A DNA stretch of 64,000 bases, from NCBI RefSeq assembly GCF_052425735.1, contig NC_135761.1, positions 31,930,001-31,994,000 on the forward strand, in the 5' to 3' direction. The notes beneath the pieces are model-generated. The model was not told the DNA's origin. It saw only the letters and a program-made list of their open reading frames with translations, and did no database searches. This DNA is from Oculina patagonica (lineage: Eukaryota). Made by a program: the position numbers and the translations under genes. How positions within the stretch are numbered: position 1 is the first letter of the stretch; the number at the start of each line of letters is the position of its first letter. Below, in pieces: positions 12,366 to 24,997 of the stretch.

Positions 12366-13644
12366 CACCAGCTAATCACTGAAAGGAATGCCCAGAATCA
12401 AGGTGTAGTTTGTTCTGTTTTGCGTTTGCTTTCAGTTTTTGATCCTAGTTATCCTTTGGTTTTTTCAGACTAGTCGCATTAAGCGCTTTTCATCTTATTT
12501 TACATTAATTCAATTGTTTTTGTATTTTATTTCCTAGATCATGAGTCTGAAGCTTTGCCATTGCCATTTATTGATCCCTCTTTTCGTTTACTTGTTCTGT
12601 TGGTGTATTGTGATATTAAATCTGGTGTCAAGTAAAAAGATTGTGTTTAATTATCACTTCAGTATTTTGGAAAGTTTTTGGTGCACCTTGTTTCATATTA
12701 GGCACAATAAGTAGGGGCTCAAGTTGCCACTACTTTTAATTCTAGGGTTTTTGTTACAAGAAATATTGTTAGATTTACCGGTAGTGATGCTGGAATTTGT
12801 TTTTGCTAAGATCGCTTTTAGGAGCAATGTTAGTTTTAGTGTTGCTCGGATCTGTCTTTGCCGAGATCGCTATTACGAGTTTTTTAGTTTGCAATGTTTC
12901 GTTTTATTTTCAACACCTCCAACGATATTTAATCCTTTATCTATTCCTATTAAAAATTTGAGGAAAAGCGTTTGTATTATTGATCTTGATCTTTGTAGCT
13001 TTACGCAATAATTTTAGTATTCTTACAAGCCAACGTTTCGCGTTGGTTTCCAATGCATTTCGCGTCCCACAATGTTAGTACATTGCTATTTGGCTTTCAA
13101 GCCTTCTCCTTGAAGATGACGTGGCCCTTGACATGTGCCGTTTACGGATCTATAATATCAGTTTGTAATTTTCGATTATTTGTTTAACAGTGCCTTTTAT
13201 GGGTCTATGATATAAGATTCTTAATGTTGAAGATTTGCATACAGTGCCCTTGAGCGGTCTGTGATACAAGTTTGCTTATTTTGAAGATTTGTAAACACTG
13301 CCCTTGAAGGGGCTGATATGAGACTGTTGATGTTGAACAATTGTATATCAGATAGTACCTTTGAGTGGTATATAGAGTATGTTTGTTGTAGTTTTGTTTC
13401 TTTCTGGATAAAGCGTTCACAAATATTTTATTGTGTTTCTTTGGAAGTTGCTTGTCTGTTAGCTTGCTTAGTTTCTGTTTTGTTAAGGCAGGTTGGCGTT
13501 ATTTTTAATTTCGTATATATTTCCCCTCTTCTTTGTTGTCACATATTGTTTTATTTTCACTTGGTCTTTTCGTTTTTTCTGCAGACATTTTTGGCACGAG
13601 GTTCTGGACTTCATCTATCTGTAATACGGGAGAGGTGTCTTTAA

Positions 13645-16600
13645 AGTGCTACTATGACCAAAATTTTTGTTTTTCTTTTCGTCTTTTTCTAAAGTCAATT
13701 TGTTCAATATATCTATATTTAACTAGCGCGCTAGAATTTAGAACGTTGCGAGCAATATAAGCCTTGAAATAGCTTGCCGAAAATCGTGGAAAACCCGTCC
13801 GCCATTACTCGGACGTCTAAAGTGAGCCAGCGACTGCACTGAAAAGCGGATTTACGCATGAGTTGGTCCGTGACGTCATATGCGCATCGTCGCTTCGAGC
13901 TTCGAGTGTTCCAAGAGAGAATATACTGAGAATAACAGGGTTATAAAAGATATTTCTTCGACAAATTCTCCGTCTAGTTTGCCCGGCGACGAAACCCAAG
14001 AGAGCCGCAACGAAGAGACATTGCAATTTAGCGGTATCGTTTCTTATAATGAGAATTTAAAGCCGTTTGACGTCGGTCTAAAGGGCAATGTTTGTATGCA
14101 AATACTTCAATATTTATTTCCTTCGATGAGGTTTTGGCGCTGTATGCCTACAACGAAGCTGCCGTCTTCTTGTCCAATCGAAGCACCGATCGAAGCAGCC
14201 TCGAAGAACGAAGAGGAACGGCGATTCATGGACTACGTACGTTTGAATACCTGGTATGATGAGAACGACATTGAATAGTTAGGATAAAATGTCTGCAATG
14301 TTTGAATTAATAGAGAGCTCTGCATATATATACATGTAGGTTGCTATTGCCGTTTGCGAAGGATTGAAATGACCTTTACTGTTGTTTTCATTCTTGTAAT
14401 CTATCATACACGCCATGGGCATAAAATCTATCTCAGCTGTTTATTCCGAAAAAAAGCTTTATAAACATGAAATAATGTAAAATTTATACAGAAAAATTAA
14501 AGTCAACAAGATGGTGCAGGTGATCAATGGATTTAGCTCCTTGAGTTTTATACAGTTTTACCTTCCTTGACTACAATACAGGTAATAAACCTTTTTAAAA
14601 CTAAGTGTTTTAATGGGTAATAACACTTCAGACATCCAGCTTCAGCCGGCATTCAGTATTCCTGTTTCTTAAAATAAGAAAACCATTTGAATGCTGTATA
14701 GAGTCATTAACTCTATTTACTGATAATGCTATGAAACTGTCCCACAAGTAGCAGCAAAACTGGGTAGGAGTAGTTTTTTTTATTCATTTCACCCATTTGT
14801 TTTCCTCTTGGCCCTGTGATTTTTTGATGATAAAAATAACTGAAACAATATATGCACAACATGGGAACAAGTAAAATAATATTAAGGGTATAAAGTTTTA
14901 AGTTCATAAACGGGAACACCTGGACCTCAAACAAACACTGGGACCTTGATCAAACGTTTCCAGTTTTGAACCGGTATTTAAATGAAGCCTGCGGTGAGTC
15001 GGGGTCTGGCATCTACTCAAGAAAATATTTTTTTATGGTATCATATGCAATATGACAGTGGCTCTTTCTAGAGAATATCACTGGCAGTACATTGTGCATC
15101 TGCAGTATGTGTATGTAATTGAGAGTTCAATTTTGGGACTAATCTTGTGTCAACTTAACGTGACTGTAAACAAGCGAGCTCCGTGTACCACCCTAAATAA
15201 ATTGCTCCCTTGATGCAAAAAGGCAAAGTCTGCATGCAAGCCTGCTTGCCCATCAGGCCAAAGCATATCTTGGTTTAAGTAGGATTAAGCAACCTGGATG
15301 AAATGGAAGTACAATTGCATCACAGGTTTAACCTCCCCACTCCCCCCACATACATGTAATGACACTGGTCTGGGCTCACACCTGAACAGCTTGATTCAGA
15401 GTCTTGGGCACTGACCATTAGGTCACCGCACCTAAATCAAAACAACTACCCCATTGCTATGCAACATTTTTATTTATGGTACAGGTTTGACTGTATTTGT
15501 TGTCGGCTTCGCAGCTCGTGTATACTCTTTAAATAAATACATATATAATGGTTGCAAGGGTCCTGTGTGACCTCAAAATTGCCCCCTTGTTACAAAAAGG
15601 CAAGGTCTGCATGCAAGTCTAGTTGCCCACCAAGCAACTAGACTTGCATGCCCTCGTCACACCATCAATTTGCCAGTTCCCATTCTACACTTGGAGAGGA
15701 GGCACCATGAGAGTAGTCTTGCCCAAGAACACAGCACAATGACACCAGTAAGAGTCCACACCTGAACCGCTTGATCCGGAGTCCGAACAACTTACACTTA
15801 GGCCACCTCACCTCAATCAATACAACATTTTTATTTATGGTACAGATTTGACTGTACTTGTGTTAGAAATTATGATGGATTAGCAGCTCAGGAGTTCTCT
15901 GGCACATTCACATGATTCATTGTTGGCTACTACATTCTCAACTTATGAACAAAAAGAGCATGCCAAAAATAAATATATTGCAAACTTAAAATAAAGAGTA
16001 GCTAGGATTTCAACGGTGCTCTGTTGCACACAGCATGAGTGATTGGCACAGGTCATAATTATAGCTGATGGCCCCTGTTGTACTTAAATATAATAAAGAT
16101 ATACTGAGTAAAATCCGGATAGCATGTATGTCTCTGAGACAGGCTAACACTGTTCTATCCTGAGATTACTTCTCAAAAAATGTTTATGAATACTATAAGT
16201 GCACAATGAAGTACAGTCCTACTGTAGTGTTTTATATTGCATGGCAGAAATAAACAAGTGACCAACACTGAAGATGTGCTGGTGAGTTTATTAAGACTAC
16301 AGTGTATACAGAGGACTACAATGGAAACATTTTCAGTACATAATCAGTAAAAAGATATTGCTAAGATTTGCATCCTCTGTATGTACTTTCACATAATGTA
16401 CCGCCTCGTGCGAATTTATTTAAGTTTATTTGTACAATAGAGGATATAATTCAGGAACATACAGGCCGATTTGCCCAAAAATTACCTTTTTGACATGAAG
16501 TATTTACAATAAATTTAAAAATGACTATTCTAGAACACGAGAGCTTGAGCAACAGAAGTAAATTACGCCACTCACCCACGAATACATTAAACTCACTGTA

Positions 16601-17180
16601 GATAATTCGAAGCGTTCTATTCTATTCACTTCCCTTGGATAGTTGAAGAAGTTAACCTCACAAAGGTTGCAGGGAGAAATATCTATAAAGCATTTCCAAG
16701 AGTACAAGTTTCCCTCAAAGTTATCAGACGATCTTTATTCATCTTGCGTGGTTCGGGCGAGTTAAATATTCCGCCTCTTGAAATGTTTTCTGCCACTATG
16801 TTGTGCAAAAGTGACCTAGAGATGCCCTGAAGTATGTTTAAAAAACATTTGCGCAGTAGATACGGCTTCTACATCACTACAGATTAAAAAGAAAACCAAT
16901 GTTTTTCCAGATCGGTCACTCCAGCCTTTGAAGAAGCCATTTTGTTGATGCGCATATGACGTCAGCATGCTCTCGCTCCAACTAGTTCCAGATCTCTATT
17001 TGGTCCTCGGACATTTTTGAATCTAGCAATGGCGGCAAGCCAAAGCCGAAGTTTACGCGTGAAATAAGTGGTCTTCCAATTCGAATTTGAACTTAAAATT
17101 TGGCAAGGTTACTATTTAATGAAAGTACTTTCAAAAACCGAAGAGAAAAGGGAAGGTAAAATTTTGATCATAGTACCACT
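13645..17180. mobile_element. Kolobok-type non-autonomous DNA transposon
   Basis: TTAA|agtgctactatgaccaaaatttt ... aaaattttgatcatagtaccact|TTAA; paralogous empty site near 12020-12100; inverted subterminal tgacgtcatatgcgcatc. Confidence 0.8.
15218..15813 (-). mobile_element. Two decayed tRNA-derived SINE copies in tandem
   Basis: Duplicated blocks at about 15218-15433 and 15594-15813, with cttgcccaagaacac..gaaccgcttgatccggagtc..ggccacc, a reverse tRNA-like head. Confidence 0.55.
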
Positions 17181-18806
17181 TTAATAATGGAGAAAATGAA
17201 ATTTACAGCTCTTGTTTCCAGATCTTCCGGGACTTAGTTACGCAAGAGTTTTCAACAGATGGAGATCCTTTTATGACTTTTATACAACTGTGTTGGCTAC
17301 CAATCTCATCCCTGTGAAGCACATCAATTGTACATTGATCTGCAGTATCTGCTGGATTCAAGCAAAATAATCAGTTTCCTTTATCAATTGCGCTTTCCAT
17401 GGTTTCAAGTGGCTGCACGATCTGTGAACTACCCACTCAAATGATGGTCTCTTTCAAGGAATTTCCGCTAACATGGCCCTTTGGCCTCAACCTCTGTTGT
17501 GAACAATTAGTTACATTCTGTTGACACTCTTTAGCAAGTAGATGAGAAGTTCAAAATTATAATCACTTTGCTCTAGCCCTTTCTTTTTATCTCTATATGT
17601 TGGCTTGGCTGGCCAACGCACCCAATTTAATCAATGTCTTGTGTGTCCGGGTGTGTAGTGGAGGCAAAATATGTAATTTGTGATGATCTTAAATTAGCAT
17701 AAATTACTATTTTGCCGGCACGGATCAGAGGGCTGGGTGTGGGTTTGAGGTGCGCAGTGTATAGTGGGATTTGAGTTTAAATAGGTGGCCGTTAGAAAGG
17801 TGAGACATTCTACGGTCAGCCTTCGTCACGTTTTGGTCAATGTTTGGTTATATTTGTTTTTCCTATGTCATCAGTGGATGCAGGATTACGCTTCGTTTTG
17901 TTTAAATATTTAGTTCTGCTATTATGATTGTATCACTGTAAGATCATAAATTTCGAATGACGCTTCGTCTTGTTTAAATATTTAGGTTTGCTATCAGAAT
18001 TGTATCACTGTAACATCGTATATTTGGAAAAGTATTTGTTTACAGTAGTTAGATAATAATACCCTAAACCCCCAAGGGTTGCGCCACTGCCTTGGTCGGG
18101 GCCACACGTTCCCCGTTTTCTCCACTTGCTGGTTTTTAGGGGTTTTCGTGTCCGGCTTTGGTGCACTTAGTATTTGTCATTTATTCATACCTTGTATTAT
18201 ATGTTGAGATGAAATAAACGGGACGATGGCTTGGCTGGCCAACGCACCCAATTTAATCAATGTCTTGTGTGTCCGGATGTGTAGTGGAGGCAAAATAAAT
18301 AGCTTTCAAAGTAGACGTTTTACTCTAGTTGAATTTTTTTTCTTTTTGAAAAGTCTTGTTTTTGCATTTTATCATTGCATTAGATCTACTTTTGTTTAAA
18401 TACCTGTAATGATTTTACAAATTCCTTCTGTGGTGGGGGTATGGATATTTTCTTAAACTACAATTAAGAATTAAGATTTGTGCTTTAACTGTTAATACAT
18501 TTCCCAGTTTTAATGGCGTATTGTCAAAAGACACCTTTTGACACAAAACGTGCAAAATATTACATGCCCAACTCCTTTACTGATGCATGGCTTTTGCTAA
18601 TCCCACCCCTTTTTACATGCATGAAAACATTGACCCTTATATTTCCAGCCCACCGCAACTATACTTTATGACCAGTCCCTTGATAATTTGATTCTTTGTT
18701 GGGGAGCCTAATTCAATGCTGTCAACAAACCCAGGCCTATCCATTTTAATAGGATCCGTTTCTCATAGAAGCAGGGGGTATTTAATGCACTAAGGTTGAA
18801 GCAAAA

Positions 18807-19440
18807 ATGGAAAGGCTACCTGATGAAATCCTCCTTTTCATTTTCACGTTTATCCCATTTGTTCAGCGAATTGCTTTACGTGTTGTTTCCCTACGATGGA
18901 ATCGTCTGCTACTAGACAAATCGCTTTTGAAGAGGGTTTTCTTAAAAAGACGAAGGTGTGAAGATGATCAACTGCTATCGATATTCGCTGAGGCCAGCTT
19001 ATTGAAGGAAGTTAGCTTTCTCAACAATTTTAACGTCGAAGGCTATTGCCTGCTTCATGCTAACTTGAAAAACCTGTCTTTCCTGGAATTCACTGGATGT
19101 GCTGTTGGAGACAGTGGACAGTGTTGATTATTTTAAAGTGAAAAGTAGAAAGGAACGCTTACTTCGAATAAATCATTTGTACTCGCCAAACCTGGCGAGT
19201 GATCCGCGATTTGTACTCGCCCGACAGTTTTGACACTCACCTGGGGGAGTGTGCGAGCGCTCATGTCAGCAACTGTATGCATTTTTGAGCTTCGTATTTT
19301 TTTTCTCCCTATGATATCGGGAGATGACATTAGAGGTCTAACACGCTTTTTGTGATTTGCAGTCTGTTGTTATAAAAGAACATCTAAGTTTTACTTCTAT
19401 TGGCAAAATAAATGTTGAGTTCAACGGCTGGAATTTTTTC
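18807..19440 (+). pseudogene. F-box (probably F-box/LRR) intronless gene, truncated by a stop at 19127
   Basis: MERLPDEILLFIFTFI...LRVVSLRWNRL F-box followed by Leu-rich repeats (LKNLSFLEFTGC). Confidence 0.75.
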
Positions 19441-19572
19441 AATTTGACTGACAGACATACAATTCAAACTTAACATATGCATGCTGGGAGATGGTGGGAA
19501 CTTGTTATGTTAATATATATCGCGCTGTTTTGTCTCCAAGTATTTCGCTGTAGCTTATTGCGTTGCACCACG

Positions 19573-20330
19573 ATGGAGCCTTTGCAAATTACGTTGGACA
19601 GTACCAGAAAAACGCTAGCTGTTATTTTTGTGAAAGAAAAGTCAATTTCCCTCTCAGATGTACGTGTGCAAATTACGGAAGAGGTTAAGGAGTTGGTGCC
19701 TGAGAGTTTTAAATTTGTAAGTACGTTTGGAGCACCAATAAGTGAAGTCCAAGAGGCGAAGATCTCTCTCATCCACGCACTTCACGAAGAAACTTTCTTG
19801 GTTGTGCGCGAGTTTAAGAACGCCCCTAAAATGTCTTTGAAAAGGACGGCGGACAAATCTGCCGAGGATGATGAAGATTGCCAATTGTTGGATGTTTCGA
19901 AGGGTGAAAGGACGAGGAAAAACCACCTCGTGTGGAATCAAAACCGCCCAAAAGACGAAACGTCCAAGGAACTTTGACAGTATATTTCGGGGCCAAATCT
20001 ACTCCAGCAGTTAAATATGCCACAGCCGCTGTGAGACAGGGAAATCTACCTGTATTCAGAAAGTGAAATCAATAAATCTTCCGGGATTGAAACAGAGAGA
20101 AGAAGATGGTGGAACGAGAAAGCTAAAGAGTTGAGCGAGGATTCGAGGTACGACAAGTTAAATGGAGACGAGATGCACAAGAAATTACACGAAGAATGGA
20201 GACTACAAAGGCTGATCAAATAGTCAACGAAGAAGTTAAAATCAGAGAAGCCCTCGAGAACATTCTAGAAAAACACCCGAATCTCGAGGAGTTTTTGGGA
20301 TCGAAAACAAGATAAAGAAGGAAACAATAC
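19573..20330 (+). pseudogene. Uncharacterised ORF: ubiquitin-like/SPATA1-N-like domain plus helical (HMG-like) segment, frameshifted
   Basis: SLSDVRVQITEEV..VPESFKFV...GAPISEVQE, then RRWWNEKAKEL...LHEEWRL in another frame. Confidence 0.4.
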
Positions 20331-20339
20331 TGTGAAACG

Positions 20340-20880
20340 TTACGCTTGAACAAGTTACCTTGGATCAGTGGGCGTTTAGTAATACTAGAATTTTCTACAA
20401 ACTCCTAGCTAGCCTTAAGTTACAATCGCTCGAAGATATTCAACATTACCTTGCTTATACTATTAAGATCATGGAACTAGCTAAATAGGTTTCAGTGGTC
20501 TCAGCCCTAAAGTATGACGACAAATTTTGTCTGTTGCAAGCTACCTACAATTACCCATGGAGCTTTAACTGCAATCATTTACACACCGTATTGTTAGAGC
20601 CCATTCCCAAGTCACAGTTGACAAACCACCCGCTTAATCGACCAAGGGACCATAACACTAATTTTGAATCCACAACTTACGAGCGACGTACTATCTGCCG
20701 AAACTTTAATAGCACCAGGGGATGTAGTTATAGCAATTGTGTGTACGAGCATGCATGTAACCGGCATGTTGCAGGGGGGGGGGAGCTTGTGACCAAAATC
20801 ACTCGGGCACTCTCATGGTTCCCAAAATCCGCAATTTCAGCAGCAAGCATGTACGCCTATGCAGCAATCCTGACCACAGG
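20340..20880 (+). pseudogene. DIRS gag fragment with CCCH zinc finger
   Basis: VTLDQWAFSNTRIF, YLAYTIKIMELA, LKYDDKF..LQA, ICRNFNSTRGCSYSNCVYEHAC. Confidence 0.65.
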
Positions 20881-20884
20881 GAGC

Positions 20885-22320
20885 AATTTAGTCCAAGGAG
20901 GGCACAATGTTTATTTTGGTGGTATAGCTGGTTGTGGTAAAACGTATGTTGCAAAACATGTTTTGGATGTCCCCAATTAAAAGAATAAGAAGTTTGCCTG
21001 CACATGCACCACAGGCATTGCCTGTACCCTTTATGGCGAGATCCCTGCCTGCACGATCCATTCACTTGCTGGAATTGGACATTGTAGAGGAAGCAAAGAA
21101 CAGCTCTTACGCAATGTGTTGGCCAATCAGGAGTGCAGCAACTGATGGATATTGACTGAAATTCAGTTTATCGATGAAATTTCCATGTTAAGCAAAAGGA
21201 CATTTGAAACTGTTAATTATAACTACAATATATAATTATATAACTACAATTATATGTTCGGGGGTTTGCAAGTGGCGGCATATGGAGACTTCCTGCAATT
21301 GCCTCCAGTGCCAAGTGCAATTGATGAGGGGAATTATGCTTTTCAAAGTGAACCATGGCAGTTTGTATTCCCTCATCAAGTGATTCTGGAGGATAGTTTT
21401 TGTGCGAAAGATGACAATGATCTTGTCAACCTCCTCAAAGACATTTCTGTAGGTCGCTGCAGTGATCAATCTTTAAACTTGATTTAAACCCTCAGTAGAC
21501 CACTGGACCCACTGAATTACAGCTTGACTTCATTCCAAAGGTTTTTCTCCTTAATGAGGATTTTGACTATTCCAACATGTGTACACTGGACAGCCTGCCA
21601 GTTCAAAAGGTGGTATTTCAAGGGTACGACATCGGAGAAAAGAAAGTGTTGAACAGAGGGTTAGTGGCAAATGAATAATTGATTCTTAAAGTTGGAGCCA
21701 AAGTTCATTTACAACATAAATGATCGCATCAAGAATGGTGTACAAGGAACTGTGGCATCGTTTTTGAATGGATTGCCAGTGGTCACTACAAGTGATCGAA
21801 CAGAGTGTTGTGGTTGAAAGGGTGACCTGGTCTGTGTATGACAAAATTGAAACTCACAAGTTGGTTGGAACACATACTCAGATTTCCTTAAAATTGGCGT
21901 GGGCAATAACTGTACACAAAGCTCAAGGGAAAACACTGGAAGCAGTCGTGGAAAAGTTTGCTCCAGGGCATTTTTATGTTGCCATGTCAAGAGTAAAATC
22001 AAAGGATCACCTGCGATTGATTGGTTTTAAGAAGAATAGGCTGATTTCTGCAGCACCAGAAGTGTTGGATTTTTTGGTAACATAAAAAATATAACTACAC
22101 AACCACGAAAGAAATGCTGTCAGTTGACATCACTGTCATCTTTCAGAGGAAGAATTCGATTTTGATGATGAACATTTGTGTGTAGAGATCTTTGATGAAA
22201 TTGATGCAGTTGCCCAAGCATTTCTTGATTCTAATGTTGCACAGGCTGTAGAAGATGTAATAGACTTAGAAAGTCTGTTATCACAGATCACAGATGTCGG
22301 AATTCCACAAAATTCCTGAT
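20885..22320 (+). pseudogene. PIF1-family helicase, decayed copy 2 with acidic C-terminal extension
   Basis: Same motifs as 7380-8450 and clear nucleotide similarity; keeps segments deleted in copy 1. Confidence 0.9.
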
Positions 22321-22429
22321 GACTTCCCTTTGGGGGAAGAATGTGGTTGAGAGAAGCACGCTCCAACAGGATGAGTTAGGAAAAGCGCTTGTACCGGGTC
22401 CGAATAATCTGCGAGCCAGCGAGCCATTT

Positions 22430-22700
22430 CAGTCAGCCTAAATAGCACTCTGGTCAGCCTACAGTTAGCTTAGGTAGCTTACGGTTAGCCTTTTATTGGG
22501 ATTAGGGATTTCTGGTTTGCATGGCTCGCAAGTCCTGCAAGTCATGTGAGCAATTCAGGATAGCCTAAATAGCACATTGGTTAGCCTACATAGCACTTTA
22601 GTTAGCCTAAATAGTACTCTGGTTAGCCTACACTTAGTTTAGGTAGCTTGGGGTTAGCTTTTTATTGGAATTTGGGATTTCTGGCTCGCATGGCTCCCAC
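22430..22700. repeat. Short degenerate tandem repeats (ttagcctaaatagcactctgg-like)
   Basis: Recurrent tagccta units and a duplicated block of about 170 bp. Confidence 0.6.
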
Positions 22701-23075
22701 TCGGATTCCGAAGAATTATCAGATTAGTGATGTACTCAACAGAAGTAGTTTTTGAAACAGGAATAATTTTTGTAACAGAAGTTATTGATTGATATTCATT
22801 AACATTGTTTTGGCTTTGTTTTTTGTAAATCACATTTAGGCAAATTAATGTACGACCAATTTTCCAAAGCCTGTCCAAAATAAAGTTTGGAAGGACACAT
22901 GTCCTTTTAAGTAAAAAGAATTATTTCCAGCACTGATTATGACAGCTGTCAATGAGACAAGTCTGATATTTATTTCCCAGAGTACTAGTAGTTTTAGGTT
23001 ACTAGTGTTTGGACTGCGTGGCTGCGTGATGCAGTTTGTACGTCCAACCCACAAGATTGACCCTTGCTCGCCATC

Positions 23076-23170
23076 GAGTCTCCAGTAGCTCAGTGGTTAC
23101 AGCATCCGTTCTAGAACAGGGAGGGTCATGGGTTCGAATCCCATCTGGTGCTCAGAATTTTTTCTGAATT
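23076..23170 (+). mobile_element. tRNA-derived SINE head / pseudo-tRNA
   Basis: A box tagctcagtgg, B box ggttcgaatccc, T-run downstream; anticodon stem pairs poorly. Confidence 0.7.
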
Positions 23171-23749
23171 GTTTCCTTATGGTTGATTCATTGTGCAATT
23201 ATTTGTTATTTATTTATTTCTATCAGCAGCACCTTTCTTGTGTTGCTAAAAACTACACATTGTTATTAAGTGCGTGGGAGAATTTCAACACTAGCTCTCT
23301 GTTCAGAAGACAATGAAACTGTCTGAGGTTAAAGATTGGTCAATAAGGATAGAAAGGTTGGCAGACGAATTTGAATCTCAGGGAGTTTCGACATGCAAAT
23401 CCTTACAAGTACTTACCTTTTTTACTTTTTAAATTTATTGAACTAATGTTTTTTTAATATGTTTTACGCTATTAGCATTATAAAAGTATTTCCATTTTCA
23501 TATACACTTGTTGGAGGGCCAACAGTTTGCAAGTATTTTCGCATTGCTACCCACTTTTTTCTCAGGCGCATCGTCTTGATGCAATGTTTGGTGTTAAACA
23601 ATGGATGGACCATGTCAAAGTAGAGATAAACTCTGCCTACATTTCTTTCACCCATCCTTGGTTTGTTTCAGCCATCCTTGGAGACCCAGGGGCAGTTTGT
23701 AATAAAACTAAGTGAAATCGGAAAAAGTCAGTGCGGCAAAAGTTTTCAA

Positions 23750-24450
23750 CACATTCGCCTCTCTACCATACATTAAAGGCGTAACAGAACCTCTGACCCG
23801 TGTCCTCAAAAAGCACGATATCACAGTAGTAAACAAACCACTGACCACCCTCCAACAACAGTTCCCGGCTCCAAAATTTCGACCTTCTTTGGAATCGCAG
23901 ACAAACGTTGTCTATAAAATTCCTTGTTCTGAGTGTTCATGGTGTTACATTGGTGAGACGGGCAGAGCTTTCAACACCAGGAAAAAAGAACACCTGAGAA
24001 ATGTAAAAACCGCGGCAAAAGGTTCAAGAATTGCCAATCACGTCTGGTCCAACAATCACGCGATTGACTTTGATAATGCATCTGTCATTGACAAAGGCGG
24101 CTTTAGAACAAGAAAAACGTTGGAAGCGTGGCATTCGAAGCTAACTCCCAATGCGGATAACAATTCCTGTCCTCTACCTGGACAGTACAACATTCTTTTT
24201 AACAAATATTCTTAGTTATTTGCATTTTTATTTCTGCATTCTTTTTAACAAATATTCTTAGTTATTAGCATTTTTATTTTGCAACTTCACACACTGCATA
24301 TTTTACCTTTTTACATTTTACCCATCGAAGGCTGTAGTTCAAACAGCCGAAAGCTTGTATTTTTAAAGTTTTTAAGTCAGAGATCGTTTCAAATTTTATA
24401 ATATGTTGTATCCTGGCTGCGGTCCTTCAATATTTTCATAAATTAATTTT
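23750..24450 (+). mobile_element. Penelope-like element, 5'-truncated (GIY-YIG endonuclease ORF ends at 24215)
   Basis: LPYIKGVTE, NVVYKIPCSECSWCYIGETGR..TRKKEH, LEAWH; hammerhead-like hairpin in the 3' UTR. Confidence 0.9.
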
Positions 24451-24689
24451 TTATTGTTTAAGTTCTTGCCAAAGAAGGTTGGATATTAATGATCTTAGAA
24501 GTGTATTTGAAGGAGTATCATTTACTGACGGAGATCAGGTGTTTGAAATATTACGAAAGGAAGGGGTAAGTTCAAACTTGTGCCGATTGTGTGTTGCATT
24601 GTGCAAGGGCTTACTTTGGTAAGCTTACTGTAAGCTCAATTTTCGACTCTTATCAAGTCTTATAGTTTGATTATTGTACCTTAATAGAA

Positions 24690-24997
24690 GGTAGAAAGTG
24701 TAGGTCAGTGGGTGGCTGTAGATTATGAGTCCAAATTTTACATTGGAAAAATAACGACAATTGAATGTCAAGTAAGGGACTCACAGGATGAAGTTGTCAG
24801 TCTCACTTTCTAACATAAAACAAAGGATGGCAAATACAGGTGGCCGAAGAGGAAGGACACTGCCTTAGTCAGTGCCAATTTAATATTTTGCACAAAACCA
24901 AATCTATGCGAGGAAAGTGAAGAGTTTCACCTTGAAAATGAAGAGTTTATTAGAGAACAGTTTGAGAACTATAAAAATGATTTAAATGATGAGTAAT
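24690..24997 (+). pseudogene. Transposase-associated C-terminal Tudor/SH3-like domain remnant
   Basis: VGQWVAVDYESKFYIGKI...YRWPKRKD pattern with in-frame stops. Confidence 0.4.

Larger units (their letters stand above)
9873..18297 (+). mobile_element. Non-autonomous DIRS-order (Ngaro/PAT-like) retroelement with split direct repeats A1...B1-A2...B2
   Basis: A1 9873-10052 equals A2 17670-17849; B1 17601-17671 matches B2 18227-18297 with 1 mismatch; gag and tyrosine-recombinase remnants inside. Confidence 0.85.

Noticed and set aside
20495-20980. Genuine CCCH-finger/helicase fusion protein
   Set aside because: Chance in-frame junction of a decayed DIRS gag and a decayed PIF1; stops and frameshifts on both sides
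23076-23153. Amber suppressor tRNA (CTA in the anticodon loop)
   Set aside because: The anticodon stem pairs poorly and the acceptor stem is irregular; better explained as a SINE head
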